From Toensbergia leucococca (lineage: Eukaryota), in NCBI GenBank assembly GCA_022813965.1, contig JALDZS010000045.1, positions 62,001-126,000 on the forward strand: a DNA stretch of 64,000 nt, read 5' to 3'. A program made the position numbers and the translations under genes. The notes beneath the pieces were generated by a model. The model did not search any database and had not been told where the DNA came from. It worked only from the letters and a program-made list of their open reading frames with translations. The first letter of the stretch is position 1; each line of letters starts with the position of its first letter. Below, one piece after another: positions 12,293-25,025 of the stretch.

Positions 12293-13402
12293 ATGCTCTT
12301 TCAACTTGGATTTGCTGCCTTGATTATTGCTGCCCCAGGAGCCTTCTCCTCGCCCATCAGTGACCAGGACATTGTGGGCAGGAATCTTTCTCCAGCTGCT
12401 TGTTCCGCCGTTGTGACCATCGTAGAAGTCCTCAAGCTCAACAAAGCTACTCCATTCTGCTCATCCTTCTTGGATATCAAAATCCAGATGTCCACCGCTG
12501 TCACGTGAGTGAGATTAAACCCATCGCATGATTTTGCATTTTACTAAACAATCTACAGAACAAGCACAAGCGTTAAGACTGTCACTACAGGCACAACCTC
12601 GTAAGTGGGAGCCGTATCTGTATCCTTGACAGTAAAGTTAAACAATATTTAGCACTACCACCGTTTTCGAGCCAGGTCAGCCACCACCATTGTCATCACC
12701 GGCAGCAAGACTCCGCAGAGAATTCGATATTGCAGAGCGTGTACCATCAGACACCGTTCCATCTTGGGCATCTGCTTTTGCCACTTCCGCTTTGTCGAGT
12801 GGCTGTCAATGTTTAAATCTGCCGACGCCGACGACTGCGACGACCTCTACGTCGATTGTTGTTTCTACCACAGACGTAAGACATCTTCCCCGGAGTAACT
12901 CGAGTCATTTGTTGATATTTTTCGCCAACATAGGTCTCGCCTCCAGTATCGACAACGACAGTATATCGTAAGTGAACCTATAAAGCAGTTCCTTTCGCCT
13001 TTCAGTCATCAATCGTACACAGAATTCGATTGACTGCGGCTGATATCGTCCTCTGTAGCATGTGCGACACCCATCGCTGGCTATGGTCTATCATCGGGTA
13101 GCTCTAACATTGAAGCTACCCAAAATGATCTCTACGGCCAAGGTACCAACGGCACCACGCTTGAAGGATGTTGCAACTTATGCTACTTTGGCGTACCAAA
13201 TTGCATCCAGGCTTGGTACTATTTCTATGAAGGTTGCGTCATCCAACAAGGAACTACAGTGACTGGCACTGGTATTGGTGTCAGCTCTGTTTGTCCGAAC
13301 GGTGCCATCGGTGGTTTGACGTATGGGCCCGACTCGAACCCTCCATTTCGAAGTACAGGCGATATTGCAGGACCTTGTGGGCAGTCGTACACCAATTTCT
13401 AG
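12293..13402 (+). CDS. Secreted Cys- and Ser/Thr-rich protein, multi-exon
   Basis: Signal peptide MLFQLGFAALIIAAPGAFS, ATPFCSSFL, LSSGCQCL and Thr-rich linkers. Last exon GCCNLCYFGVPNCIQAWYYFYEGC..GPCGQSYTNF* (TAG 13400-13402). Confidence 0.8.
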
Positions 13403-13625
13403 GTTCCGATTCCGATGTTATCATGAGCGGTATACTTCGAACATCAAAAGCATGATGGAAACCGATGTAGTATGTTTAATTGGATGATGGATGGAGTTAC
13501 TGCGGAGTAAGACAAGGAGAGATGAATGTAAGACTGCTATAGATCAATTAATTCCGGTGACCTTGTAAATCGTGCGACTATTCTCCGAACCATTCCCTAC
13601 TATACTTTACTTCCTATTATGAAAT

Positions 13626-13631
13626 TGACTC
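13626..13631 (+). promoter_or_regulatory. Candidate Gcn4/CpcA (cross-pathway control) site TGACTC
   Basis: TTGACTC about 150 bp upstream of an amino acid biosynthesis gene whose yeast orthologue is Gcn4-regulated. A single 6-mer could be chance. Confidence 0.35.
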
Positions 13632-13780
13632 GGCGAAGAAGGAGATTTTCAAAGAGACCTCGCTAGGGCTGGAGTGAGCCCCACCTCGGGGGAGGGAATT
13701 TCACTTTGACCGAGGTGGCTTCATCCAATTAAGTATTTTCCAGTGATGGGTAGAAGTGATATCTTGATTGAATCGTCAGT

Positions 13781-15192
13781 ATGGAATTCCCTAAGAAGCA
13801 GTGCGGTCTGAATCACCCTTACAAAAGTTCAGCTGCGATGGGTACCCGGACTAATGCCATCTAGGAGTACTTGGCTGTACCGGCTCCGTGGGCCAACGCT
13901 TTATTCTACTGATATCACAAACCGAGCATTTCTCTCTGCGAGTCCTTGGAGCTTCGTCTCGTTCCGCAGCCAAGGCATACAAAGATGCTGTCCCTTGGAA
14001 ACAGAGCTTACCTTTGCCTGAAGATGCCGGGAATCTAATCATCCAAGAATGTGTCCCAGATGCTTTCCATGGCTGCGATATCATCTTTTCCGGTCTTGAC
14101 AGCAGCGTTGCTGGGAATGTAGGCAAGTTATGTACTCAAGCAAAAGGTGCAGATAGCTGACTATTGACCAAAGAGAACGAATTCTTTGAGAAGGGCTTCG
14201 CTGTGTTTTCTAATGCTGGCAACTATAGAATGACGCCGTGGGTTCCTCTTGTCGTGCCTTTGGTCAATGTGCCCCGTTAGTTGTTTTTTCGCAAGATTTA
14301 CCTCCTTCGTGGTTGACCTCCTGGCAGATCTTGATTTTATTCCTCATCAACGTGCTTCGCAGAACCAAAAAGGATCTATTGTCTGCAATTCAAATTGTGC
14401 AGTCATTGGAGTTGTCGTTCCATTCGCCGGTCTAACACAGTTTGGACCCATCGATCAAGCGTCTGTTACAACCATGCAGGCAGTCAGTGGTGCCGGGTAT
14501 ACCATCTATTCCTCCTCATTGTCACACTTTAATCATGATATCCTCTCTACTAACGTTGCGTTAGATATCCCGGCGTGAGCTCAATGGATATCCTAGACAA
14601 CGTCGTACCTTTCATCAAAGGTGAAGAAGACAAAATCGAATTTGAAGCCCGCAAGATCCTCGGCTCTATCAGCCCCTCGGCAACCTCTTTCCTTGATCAA
14701 TCCACCCTAAGACTGTCTGCAACCTGCAATCGAGTACCTGTACTAGACGGCCACATGGCTTGTGTATCCTTGCGGTTTAAGAGTCGTCCGCCTCCCAGTG
14801 TAGCAGATGTGAAAGACGCGCTGAGAAATTATGTATCGGAAGCGCAGAAGCTCGGATGTCCGTCTGCTCCAAAGCATGCTATTCACGTGTTTGAGGAGAA
14901 TGATCGGCCGCAACCACGATTAGACAGGGGATTGGAAGGAGGGTTCGCTGTTAGTGTAGGGAGGGTAAGAAAGGATGAGAGTGGGATTTTTGATATTAAA
15001 TTCGTTGGTAAGTAATGCTATTTTGACTTGCAAATACACAAGGCTGACAGTGAATTTAGCACTTAGTCATAATAGTAAGTCGTTCATTTTCTCTTCTTGT
15101 TAAAGTGCTGCTAACGACCTATAGCCGTGATAGGAGCTGCTGGGAGCTCCATACTGAATGCAGAGGCGTGTGTGCTCAAAGGATATGTATGA
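13781..15192 (+). CDS. HOM2: Aspartate-semialdehyde dehydrogenase
   Basis: [21 protein letters not shown], catalytic [36 protein letters not shown] and [16 protein letters not shown]. Several introns. Confidence 0.96.
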
Positions 15193-15697
15193 TGATAGTG
15201 TCTTCAGCGTGGCTGGATCATTCAAGAGACAGGTGTGCCATGTATTGTTGACATATTTGCAGCTGCAAGAAAACCAAGAGTTTTAGTCTGCAGACCATGA
15301 ACAAAAGAGAAGAGCTATCGTACAAGAGTTTTCACATCATGCAATACAGTTGCAAGACGAACGCCAATCGAAGCCAACACATTAAAATAATGGGTATTTT
15401 AAGCGTACCGAAGGCGAGAAAAGGGAGGGATGAACTGTATGAAAGTTGTAATCGAGCGAGCTGTTATTGAAAGTCTACTTATATTTCTCCCTAATGAATT
15501 GCATTAATCAATTGCCACTCATAGATTAGGGCACATGAATTAGGGCAACAATGTAATCTAATCGCGTACTCGTACTCATGGTTGTGTAAGTTTACATTTA
15601 TGGATCGTGAGACTTTCTCTACGTGACATTTTAACAATCCTCCATTGTCTCGATTCACGATCCAGCCTTCTAATTCTCAACCACTCGTTCAATCAAT

Positions 15698-17676
15698 ATG
15701 CACGAAATCCTTACTCTCCAACTCGGTCAACGAGCAAATTACATCGCTACACACTTCTGGAATACACAAGTAATGCTCCCTTTTCGTAACTCGAAATGTT
15801 CTTCTCCCTTCCTCTCACTCGATCATCGGTCTTAATCTCACTGTGTTCCTGATACCTTAGGAATCCTACTTCACCTACTCTCCCACCGCTCCTCCTTCAC
15901 TGGTCGACCACGATGTTCATTATCGAGCTGGGATCGGAGTTGACGGAGTGGAGACTTTTACGCCGAGAACATTAATCTATGATCTTAAAGGTGGTTTTGG
16001 CACTTTGAGGAAGATAGGGAAGCTGTGGGAAGAAGTTGAGGGAGCTGGAGGAGGGAGTGGGGTTTGGTAGGTGGGCGTCTTACTTTTCTTGTGGTTCAAC
16101 GTCGAGACGGACTGAAACTTGAGCATAATGCTAACGAAGTGCTTTGTGGTAGGTTAGGGATGGCAATGTGGTAATCAGGCAACAAGAGGCTATTGCGCAG
16201 TCCGAATACCAGCTGGGCTTGGAGGAAGGACTACTCCCTGTTCCGAGACTAACTACCGAGACCGTGAGATATTGGTCTGACTTCAATCGTGTATCTTACC
16301 ATCCCAGGTCGATTGTGCAATTGAACGATTGGGAGATGGGTTCTTCGCTGATGCCATTTGAGAGATGGGAGAGTGGGGAGGAACTATTCAAGGGATTAGA
16401 CGCGGAGGTGGACTTATTGGATCGGGATGTGAGAACCTGGGCAGAAGAGTGCGATTGCTTGCAAGGGGTGCAGATTTTCACCAGCGTGGATGATGCGTGG
16501 GGAGGATTTGCCGCAGGTTACCTGGAGAGGTTAAGAGATGAGTATGGAAAGGGAGCGCTTTGGGTTTGGGGAGTTGAGGAGGAGAGGGGGAAGGGGCAAA
16601 GGGTAGGTTATATGGTTCTGGAACGCGGATTGTTCAAGTGCGGAGTGATGGACAGAGTGAGACGAGGCTTGAACTAAGCTGTTGCTGACAATGTTCTTTA
16701 GGACAAGCAATTACTCCGGACAGTCAATGCTGCGAGATCAATGCACGAAATTTCGACCCACGCATCCATGTATATACCAATGTCAATTCCACCCAGCAGT
16801 TTACCACGATACATTTCTCTGAACCGGAGTTCACAATGGCATACCTCGGCTTTACTATCTACAGCTATCGAAACAATGACGCTCCCATCAAGGCTCAGAC
16901 CTGGGGAACGGAAAGGTGGAAATCTTATTCAAATGGAGGCAGCCCTTAATGTTAACGGGAACCAACGCGTCGCCAAGCTTCAGTGTAGCATTCCAGACGA
17001 CGAAGACACAAAGTCCGGGGTAGTTGAAGCGAGTACGAAGGACTATAGGCTACCACAACTCGATGCAGGTCAGACTTTGTTCGATGAAGGTGACTTACAG
17101 ATGACTAATGCAACCCTCGACATGGATTTTTTTTGTACGGACCTTAAGTCATCGCACTTGAAGACGGTCCGGCAAGAGCATGTTTTTGGTCAGGTAGACG
17201 TTTATCGTGAGGGGAGCGAGTCGCGTGACGAATTAGGGGAAGAGGAAGGCTATTCACGGAAGCGAATACGACTGGCCAACTTACCGATATGTGAAAAGTT
17301 CGTATTCATTCTATACTCGACCTTGTGTACCCTTCTTACTTGTGTGGTGTTTCAAGTTGATCGGAGCTTATGCACTGTGGGCATCTTTTCGAGGGCGTCC
17401 AAACTGACAGTACACAGGTATTCTGCCAAGCTACGATATCCACTACTTGATAGCTTCCCAAGCATATTCCCCGGGAGATCCGATAACATCGCCGTGCACA
17501 CATCTCTTACAACTACGTCGCAGGTGGCCGACCGGGTCAAAGCTCTGCAACGGGTTGTGGGGCGTATGGTAGGCTTAGACCAGCGGGAAGCCCTTTCCAA
17601 CGGGCTTGGCGAGATGGTGGAAGCCTATGAAGAGGGTTGGGATAGTGGATCGGACGACGGGAGCGACGATTACTGA
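15698..17676 (+). CDS. DML1: Misato/DML1 tubulin-FtsZ-like protein
   Basis: [67 protein letters not shown], and acidic tail [11 protein letters not shown]. Confidence 0.93.
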
Positions 17677-19226
17677 TCAAAGTACAGTTCACTCAATAAA
17701 GTGTTACACAAGGACGATAGCATTGCATTTCCTCTATGAGTGACGTGCAGGTAAGACGATGGGATTTGGGAGGGATATGCAGGTAAGACGACGAGATTCC
17801 CATAGCACTTGACTGCCAATCAGGAAATTCGTGAGCCGAATGAGGGAGCAAACTATCAGGTAGGAGCACAAACCAGAACCTCCCGGCCCCGGTTTCTCTT
17901 GAAGATGGTGTGATAAAAGTCTTACCTAGTCAGGGCAAGACTCAAGCTTTCTGCGGGCTGTTTTCGCAGTTGACTGACTAAGTGCTCTACAACTTACTGT
18001 GGCCGATGACTCAGTGCGATGCGGAGCGGGGGACCACAATTGCTGCAGAGTCGCATAAGCATCTGCTGCTGTGATTGTATGCACGCCAGACACACGTTAG
18101 CTGTGTACAACACCATGATAGCAGCAGGCAGAGGAATAATGATCCCCCGTCATCACTATGGAATTGAATACGAGCTTCCCTCGCCGCTAGTGAGTGGATG
18201 GATTTCAAAAATTGTTGGACTACGGGAACGATACGACCGCCTTCTTGATACGAGAGCATTGCCTGGCCACTTCGGCTTAATTTTCTATTGTAAGGGCGGG
18301 AAGGATGCTATTTCTACTGCTCTCTGGCCAGATCAACAGTACGAACGGATCCAAGATTTAAAAGATACGAATGTGCGCTCGTATCAAGTTCCTGATCATT
18401 AAGATACGAGCTGATCGAGGTCGCCCAACCTCGCTGCTGCAGCACTACGATGGCGATGGCGTGAGGCGGGGAAGCGCCAAGATGGCAATCCCTGCTATTC
18501 TACCCCACCAAATGTGCCCCCATCAGCAATCGAGAATGCACGAGCTATTCTAACGAGCTCTTTTTAGTTTTCTTCCGTGTCCAATTCAGGATCTTTTACT
18601 CCTTTCTCACTTCAATGTTAGTCTCTGGTTCAAGCTTTCCTGTTCTTGAATTGTGGAGGTGATTTGGCTGTGTTCGAGGGATTGATATACATGCGCAATG
18701 ACATATGCGGGCAGCGGGAGACTTGGCATTGAAACAAGGTTTAAAGACGATGCAATGACTGGCGCTGACCCTGGCCCTAGCCCTGGCCCTAAGCAACGGT
18801 TCCTTGCGGGAGTGACGGGTTGGGATGTTGATAGGAACGCCAATCGCTTGAACGACTGTCTATCGAGCTTGCTCCACGTCCATTGTTCTGGCCACAGAGC
18901 TTGGGATGCATATCTTGGATGGTATGGTAGCAGCTATCTTGGCCTCTGCTCGTATTTCCCTGGTTAATTGCCTCAACTGAGCGAACTGTGCATGGCTATA
19001 CTTGCCTTTTTCCTGCCGGTTCCTGTGTTTTCCCTGTTCTTTGCTGCTTATCACTAACCTCTCCACCCTTCTCTTTTTGTGTTACTCACCTCTCGTACAT
19101 TGTACAATTTCTCTGTACTTACAGCAAGAACTCGTTCGCTAAGGTTCTTCTGTTCCTATCGCTCAGTTCATTGTGTCTCTACTGGAGTCGTTGTATCCTG
19201 ATAGAAAGAATTGAAAGCTACTCACA

Positions 19227-21022
19227 ATGATCAAACCCACGCTCGCTCTTGTGGCATTGGTTGGAGCTGTTGGCGCAATTGAATTGGACCCGAGATGGTA
19301 CACTGCCACGCCAAAATGGAACTCAACTAGGTATTGACGCCTTCGCCCACTGCCAAATCCAAGTACTCACCCTTTTCAGCACACCAGTGACCACCATGAC
19401 CACTTACACTACCCTCACTACCTGCCCAGTCACAAGTACATACAGCAGTAACAGTTCCACCTGGGTTTCCACAACCCTAACCACATCCACTGTCACTGTG
19501 ACCTCGTGTAAAGGGGGCTGCCCCAAACCCACTGCTCCTTCAACCACATACACTCCTCCTGAATCCACCATGACTACTTACACCACTGTCACGACCTGCC
19601 CGGTCACATCAACTTACAGCAGTGCCTCTTCGGTATACACCTCGGTGACATCGACCATATCCACCATCACCATCACTTCTTCTATTACGTATAGTTTAAC
19701 AGTGCCGGTATCGCCAATAATTCCGAGCACCAAGAAGGTGAGCAATATCGCTGGGGTCTATTTGATTTCATGTTTACTCCTCAAGCTAAAATATCAGCAG
19801 ACCACCAGCTACACTACATTGACTTATACTACAACGACTTGTCCAGGTTGGTCCAACTACTTATAAGCTAGAAAGTTTACCTAACGTTCGTCAGTCACGT
19901 ACACCACTTATACGAGCAGCTCTTCAACAATTACCATCCCTGTGACGAAGACTTCAACCATTACCCTCACAACTGTTGCCCCCTGTCCCAGTACCACCAC
20001 AGTTCCAATAACCACCATCCCACCCCCAAAGCCGACAAGCGTTAAAACCACCATTTATACAACATCAACTGTTACGTATACCACAACAACCTGCCCAGGT
20101 AAGTAACCGTATTCTATTCTTCTTCCCTTGTTGGTCTTGCAATTTGAGAGTCCACAGGTCATGGTTGAATCTTCTATTCGACTTTGAATCTCCGCGAACT
20201 CCGTTATGATACGAAGTGAGGATACCGAGGCTGACGGATACAGTTACCTACACCACATATACAAACAATCTGACGACAATTACCAGCCCTGTCACGCTCA
20301 CTTCGACTTTGACCTACACTACTGTCACTACATGCCCATCTACAACTATTATACCAACCACCATAATCCCTCCCCCAGTTCCGACAACTGTAATTCCTCC
20401 ACCAGTGCCAACAACCATCATCCCTCCGTTCACAAATAGTACTGTGCCTCCTTCAGGTACACCTGCTCCCCCTCCAGGAACAACTGTAATCCCACCGACG
20501 CCGGCTCCTCCAGGGACAAGTGTAATCCCACCGACGCCGATTCCTCCAGGGACAAGTGTAATTCCTCCGATACCGGTTCCTCGAGGGACAAGTGTAATCC
20601 CACCGACGCCGGTTCCTCCAGGGACAAGTGTAATTCCTCCGATACCGGTTCCTCCGGGGACAAGTATAATTCCTCCGATACCAGTTCCTCCAGGAACAAG
20701 TGTAATTCCTCCGACAACAGCTCCTCCAGAAACTACCGCGATCCCACCAACACCAACTCCCGCAGGATCGACGATCTCGGAGTCTGCTGTGTCCGAGAAA
20801 TCCGAAGGCCAGCCCGAAGTTCCTGCCACAACCTCGGCTCCAGTCGTCTCTTCCGCACCGGGTTCAACTGTAACAGCATCGGCAGTGACTGAAAAGAGTG
20901 AAGGGCAACCGGAGGCACCTGCGGCAACCACGTCACCAGTCCCATTCACTGGGGCCGCCGTGGCAAACAAGCCTGCCATTGCTGCCTTGGCTGGTTTGAT
21001 GGCTTTTATGGCATGGGCTTAG
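19227..21022 (+). CDS. GPI-anchored Thr/Pro-rich cell wall protein with TTCP repeats
   Basis: Signal peptide MIKPTLALVALVGAVGA, repeated TYTT.TTCPVT, Pro-rich repeats, and C-terminal FTGAA..hydrophobic GPI signal. Four introns. Confidence 0.87.
20470..20725 (+). repeat. Coding minisatellite, 33-bp unit (PPGTSVIPPTP/IP), about 7-8 copies
   Basis: Repeated cctccagggacaagtgtaat(c/t)cc(a/t)ccga..ccgg. Confidence 0.9.
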
Positions 21023-21704
21023 AGATGTCTTGGAAGATAAGACGATGCTTTTCAAGGAAGGAGATGAGAAGCGAGGGAGACATTGATGTCGGTGACGCTC
21101 ATTATGACAACAGGAAAGAATACGACTTTACGACTCAGAGTTGCATACAGGGGCTTGGGGTCCACAATCCTCATAAAAGACTACCTCCTCTTCTGCATAT
21201 GAAGGATGTGATTTTGGGACGATACCATAGTTGTAATATATAGTCGCGTGGGATGTTACTTTCCTTCCCATGGACGACCTTTTTAAGCTGCTTATCTATC
21301 AGATGATGAGTTCATCTCTTTCTTTGTACTGAATGGTGGAGAAGGTTATGGAAGGGATGTGGCTCATGGCGGCAAGAGAAAGGATTAATGATAAAATTAA
21401 AGATTACCAAATCGGTGAAGTTCATGAGTGAACAGAATACCGCACGAAAAGTCACAATAATGCTGCGTAGGGACAGTTGTCCGAAGAGTCCTAAAGAAGT
21501 GATTCAAGGATGGGGATAGGAATAAGCATAGGGCTGATTTGCTCGTCGCGACTCGGCTAGCGTCAAATTGAAAGGCGGCGTAAACATTGGGAATCGCGTT
21601 TTTCTCATCGACAGATACTTGCGTTTATCGCTTTACTTCCAACACTTCAGACTTTCTCTTCTCTTGTAATCCCTCGCAAACATCTTAACATGCTATCATA
21701 ATCA

Positions 21705-23306
21705 ATGGATCCAATATTCAAATTCCCCGTCTCCCCAGGCACTCCTCTGTTCCCCGTGTCGCCCGAACGCGCAAATCGACAACCGCTCCACCATTCGCCA
21801 TCTTTACCTTCAGATCTCTCCCACTCCCAGAACGACCCCTTCGCAATTTCTCAATCATCCGACGTCCAGGGCAAAGTCGCTCAATTCAACAACTTAAGTA
21901 AAGAGGCTGTTCAGCGACGGAAGGACAATGAAGCTGCTGTGAGGAGGGCCGTGTTAGGAAGAGAGGAGGCAGAGAGTGAGGTCAAGAGGCTCAGAGAGGA
22001 GAACAGACGCCTTAGAAAAGATGTGGATGAGGGAAGAGGGAGAGAGAGACGGGTTGGGGAAAGAGTCGAAGGTGTCATGGTGAGCAGCTCAGATTAACAT
22101 ATCGAACCAGGGCTTATGTTGACATTGGACCAGGAAGAGTTGCAGCGTATGACAGAGACGCACCTTCATTCGCAAGCCTTGTACGAGAAAGAAGTCCGAC
22201 GAGCACGAAAAGAAGCCTTCAAGTCCTCGAGCGCACTTGTCAAAGCGCAAGAAGAATTAAAGACTACAAGAAATAGATTTACCTTGATGAGAGAGGAGGT
22301 AGAAGTGCAGCGAAGAAAAGTGGGAGAGAAAGAACAGCAGACCTTTGCCGCTGAATACCAGCTCGTGGGCGTACAGCAGGAACTAGACCAGATGGCGCAA
22401 CAAGTCAAAACCATCCAGGAAGAAAGAGATTCCCTAAAAACCAGCCTTAAAGAAGAAGAAGTAGCTCGTATCGCAGCCGAAGGCCATATCGCTCTCCCTG
22501 CCTCCAGCATCGAGGACGAATTCTCTTCCCCGAAGAAGAAAAAGAAACGCTCCCCTCGACGCTCAAGCCTGAAAGAAAATTACGACCCCAACGACCCCGC
22601 CTCGGACGACGAAGAAGCCTTCCCCTCGCTGACGATGCTTCTCTGGCACGAGAGAGGCCTGCGGAGAGATGCCTACGGCATAGCTGACACGCTACTCGTC
22701 GACTGCCACCTAAAACAGTGTCCGTGCCGCCTCGCGGAAGCAAGAGGCACAGAATACGCCTACGACGACCGTTATTCGGCCGCAAGCGAGTATCAAAGAC
22801 GCTATCCGGTCGACTCGCGAGAGCTGCCTCCAGAGCTACCGCATATCGAATACCAACCTCTTCCCTTGACGGAACATGTTCCTCGCACTCCAACAGAGCA
22901 ACCGCTATCCCCGCCATCTCTAGACTCTTCCCCTCTAATAAACTTCTCCCCTATAAAAAGCATCTATACTCTCCCCTCCGCGCCTCTTTCTCAACCATCC
23001 CTCCCCCAATCTCCCACCCTCGATCTCGCCTCCCCAACACCCACAACCAGACCTCCCACCACCCGCACAACGACAACAATCATCCCCCTCGCCCCCTCCA
23101 CCCCCCTCCAAGTTCCCCCCTCTTCCCTCATCAATTTCACCCCCATCCCCACCACGCCGGCGACCATGTCAAGAGAAGCGGCTCTGGAGCAGATCCGGCT
23201 CCGGAGGGGGAGAGCGAGGAGTATTGCTATTAAGGGCACGCCGAGGGGGGAGGGCGGGCTGAGGAGGGATGTTAGTGCGCCTGTTACTGGGGGAAGGGGT
23301 GGTTAG
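21705..23306 (+). CDS. Coiled-coil protein of unknown function, 2 exons
   Basis: Long heptad-rich segment (LYEKEVRRARKEAFKSSSALVK..LKTSLKEEEVARIA), a C-H-C-C motif (CHLKQCPCR) and a Pro-rich tail. Intron about 22080-22133. Confidence 0.8.
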
Positions 23307-23875
23307 GGGGGAGCGGCTGAATGTGGAGGGGTTTTGGGGATTTGAGTGAGATTGGTCATTGTGTGTGGAAGGCGATGGCTTGCTGGCATGGGGTGTGATG
23401 GTGGTGGCTGTTGTTGCTTATTGTAATTACCCCCCCTTTTTTATTTCTCTTGCTTGGTCTTTTGTTTTTGTGTTTGTGTGATGAAGGAGGGTGATGTGAG
23501 GGGTGAGGTGAATTGATTGATCAAGATACTCATTGCGTGTCTATATGTGCGTGTTGTGTGTGTGTGTTTTTGTAATCAAACTTGAGGCTTTTTTTTTTTT
23601 TTTTTTTTTTGAATTTATAAGAGGAAGGGTGTCAGGGTCTTTTTTTTTGTTTCTTTTGAATACGAAGGTTAAAATCCTCTCCCTCTTAAAGGAATGGGAG
23701 GAACCAGTAGAAGCGGAGAACAAGAGGACTGACTAGTGCCGACGAGGGTAGGTTTAGGGGGAAGTAATTGAATGTACATTCCCTCACACTTTCATCAACA
23801 ATACGACATCTCATACAATACCCCAGATATATACATTGCTCCTCTCCCCAACCCACACGATTCACCACACTCGTC

Positions 23876-25025
23876 CTATAGTCTCTGTCTCCCCCACAAC
23901 GCCCCCCCATCAACCTGCACACACGCCCCATTGATATGCCCACTAGCACGGCTGCACAAGAAAACTACCAAGCCCGCTATATCCTCTGCTTTCCCCAGCC
24001 TCCCATCCGGACTCATCTTCGCCATTGCTGCCTCGCCGCCTTCGAGTTCCATGAGCCCTGAGGCCATTTTTGAGGGGAAGAAACCTGGGGCGATGCTGTT
24101 GCAGAGGACGTGCCGGGGTCCCAACTCGACCGCTAGGTTGCGCGTTAGGTGAATGGCAGCCGCTGTTTGACAAGGGGAGGTTAGTGTTAGTTGAAAATGT
24201 TCTGGCAATGGTGAATTTGGGAGAGGGAAGACTGGGGATTCAAGGGGAGGAGTCAGAGAAGGACGTGGTTGGCAATCAGACCTTTGGAGGCCGAGTAGCC
24301 GAATGTGGCGTTTTCTCCAAGGTGACCGATGCCTAGGCCAGCGACGGAGGCGGTGACGATGACGCGGGAGGGGGAGTCGAGAGATGCGCGTTTTTGAAGG
24401 AGGGGTGCGAATCTAGAGCAGAGTTTGCCTGTGAGCTATGGAAGATTGGGGTTTAGGACAAATGACCGTCTGACTGGCGGAAAGAATAACGTACAATCGA
24501 ATGGTATTAAAAACACTCTTCACATTCAAATCCATCACCTTTGCAAACGCCGAATCCGGATGCGTATCGAACTTCTCCCCCCATGTAGCCCCCGCGTTCG
24601 CGAACATGATATCCACATGGTCTGTTGTCTTCGACACCTCGGCGACCAGACGCTCAATATCTGCGACTTTGGCGCTGTCGGCGGGCACTGAGATGGCACG
24701 GGCATCGGGTCGCTTGTTAGGAAGGGCGTTTAGAGCTTCACATGCGGAAGAGCACGCCGAGGCTTTGCGGGAGGTGATGTAGACTTTGGAGCAGCCAGCT
24801 TGGAGGAGTCTAGGGTTGGGTTTGGGGTTTCAGCGGATTGAATGGGGGGCTTTTGTGGGGGCGAAAGGACTTTATGTGGGCTTGGGAGGCTGGAGAAAGA
24901 TACCCTGATGCGGCGTGGAGACCTAGCCCTCTTGAACCTCCTGTGACCACGGCGACTTTGCCTTCGAGGGAGAAGATGGATTGGAAGTCTTGGAGTTCGG
25001 TTTGAGCTTTTGCTTCGTCAGCCAT
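23876..25025 (-). CDS. Short-chain dehydrogenase/reductase (RhlG-like), possibly peroxisomal
   Basis: VVTGGSRGLG, ANAGATWG, YSASKAA (spliced), CNSIAPGFFPSKM and VDGG. Ends in QRL. Three introns. Confidence 0.92.

Noticed and set aside
18011..19230. Several short ORFs upstream of the GPI protein
   Set aside because: No motifs or consistent splice structure. More likely a long promoter/5' region.
20470..20725. CRISPR-like regular repeats
   Set aside because: Contiguous in-frame coding repeats without unique spacers, in a eukaryotic gene
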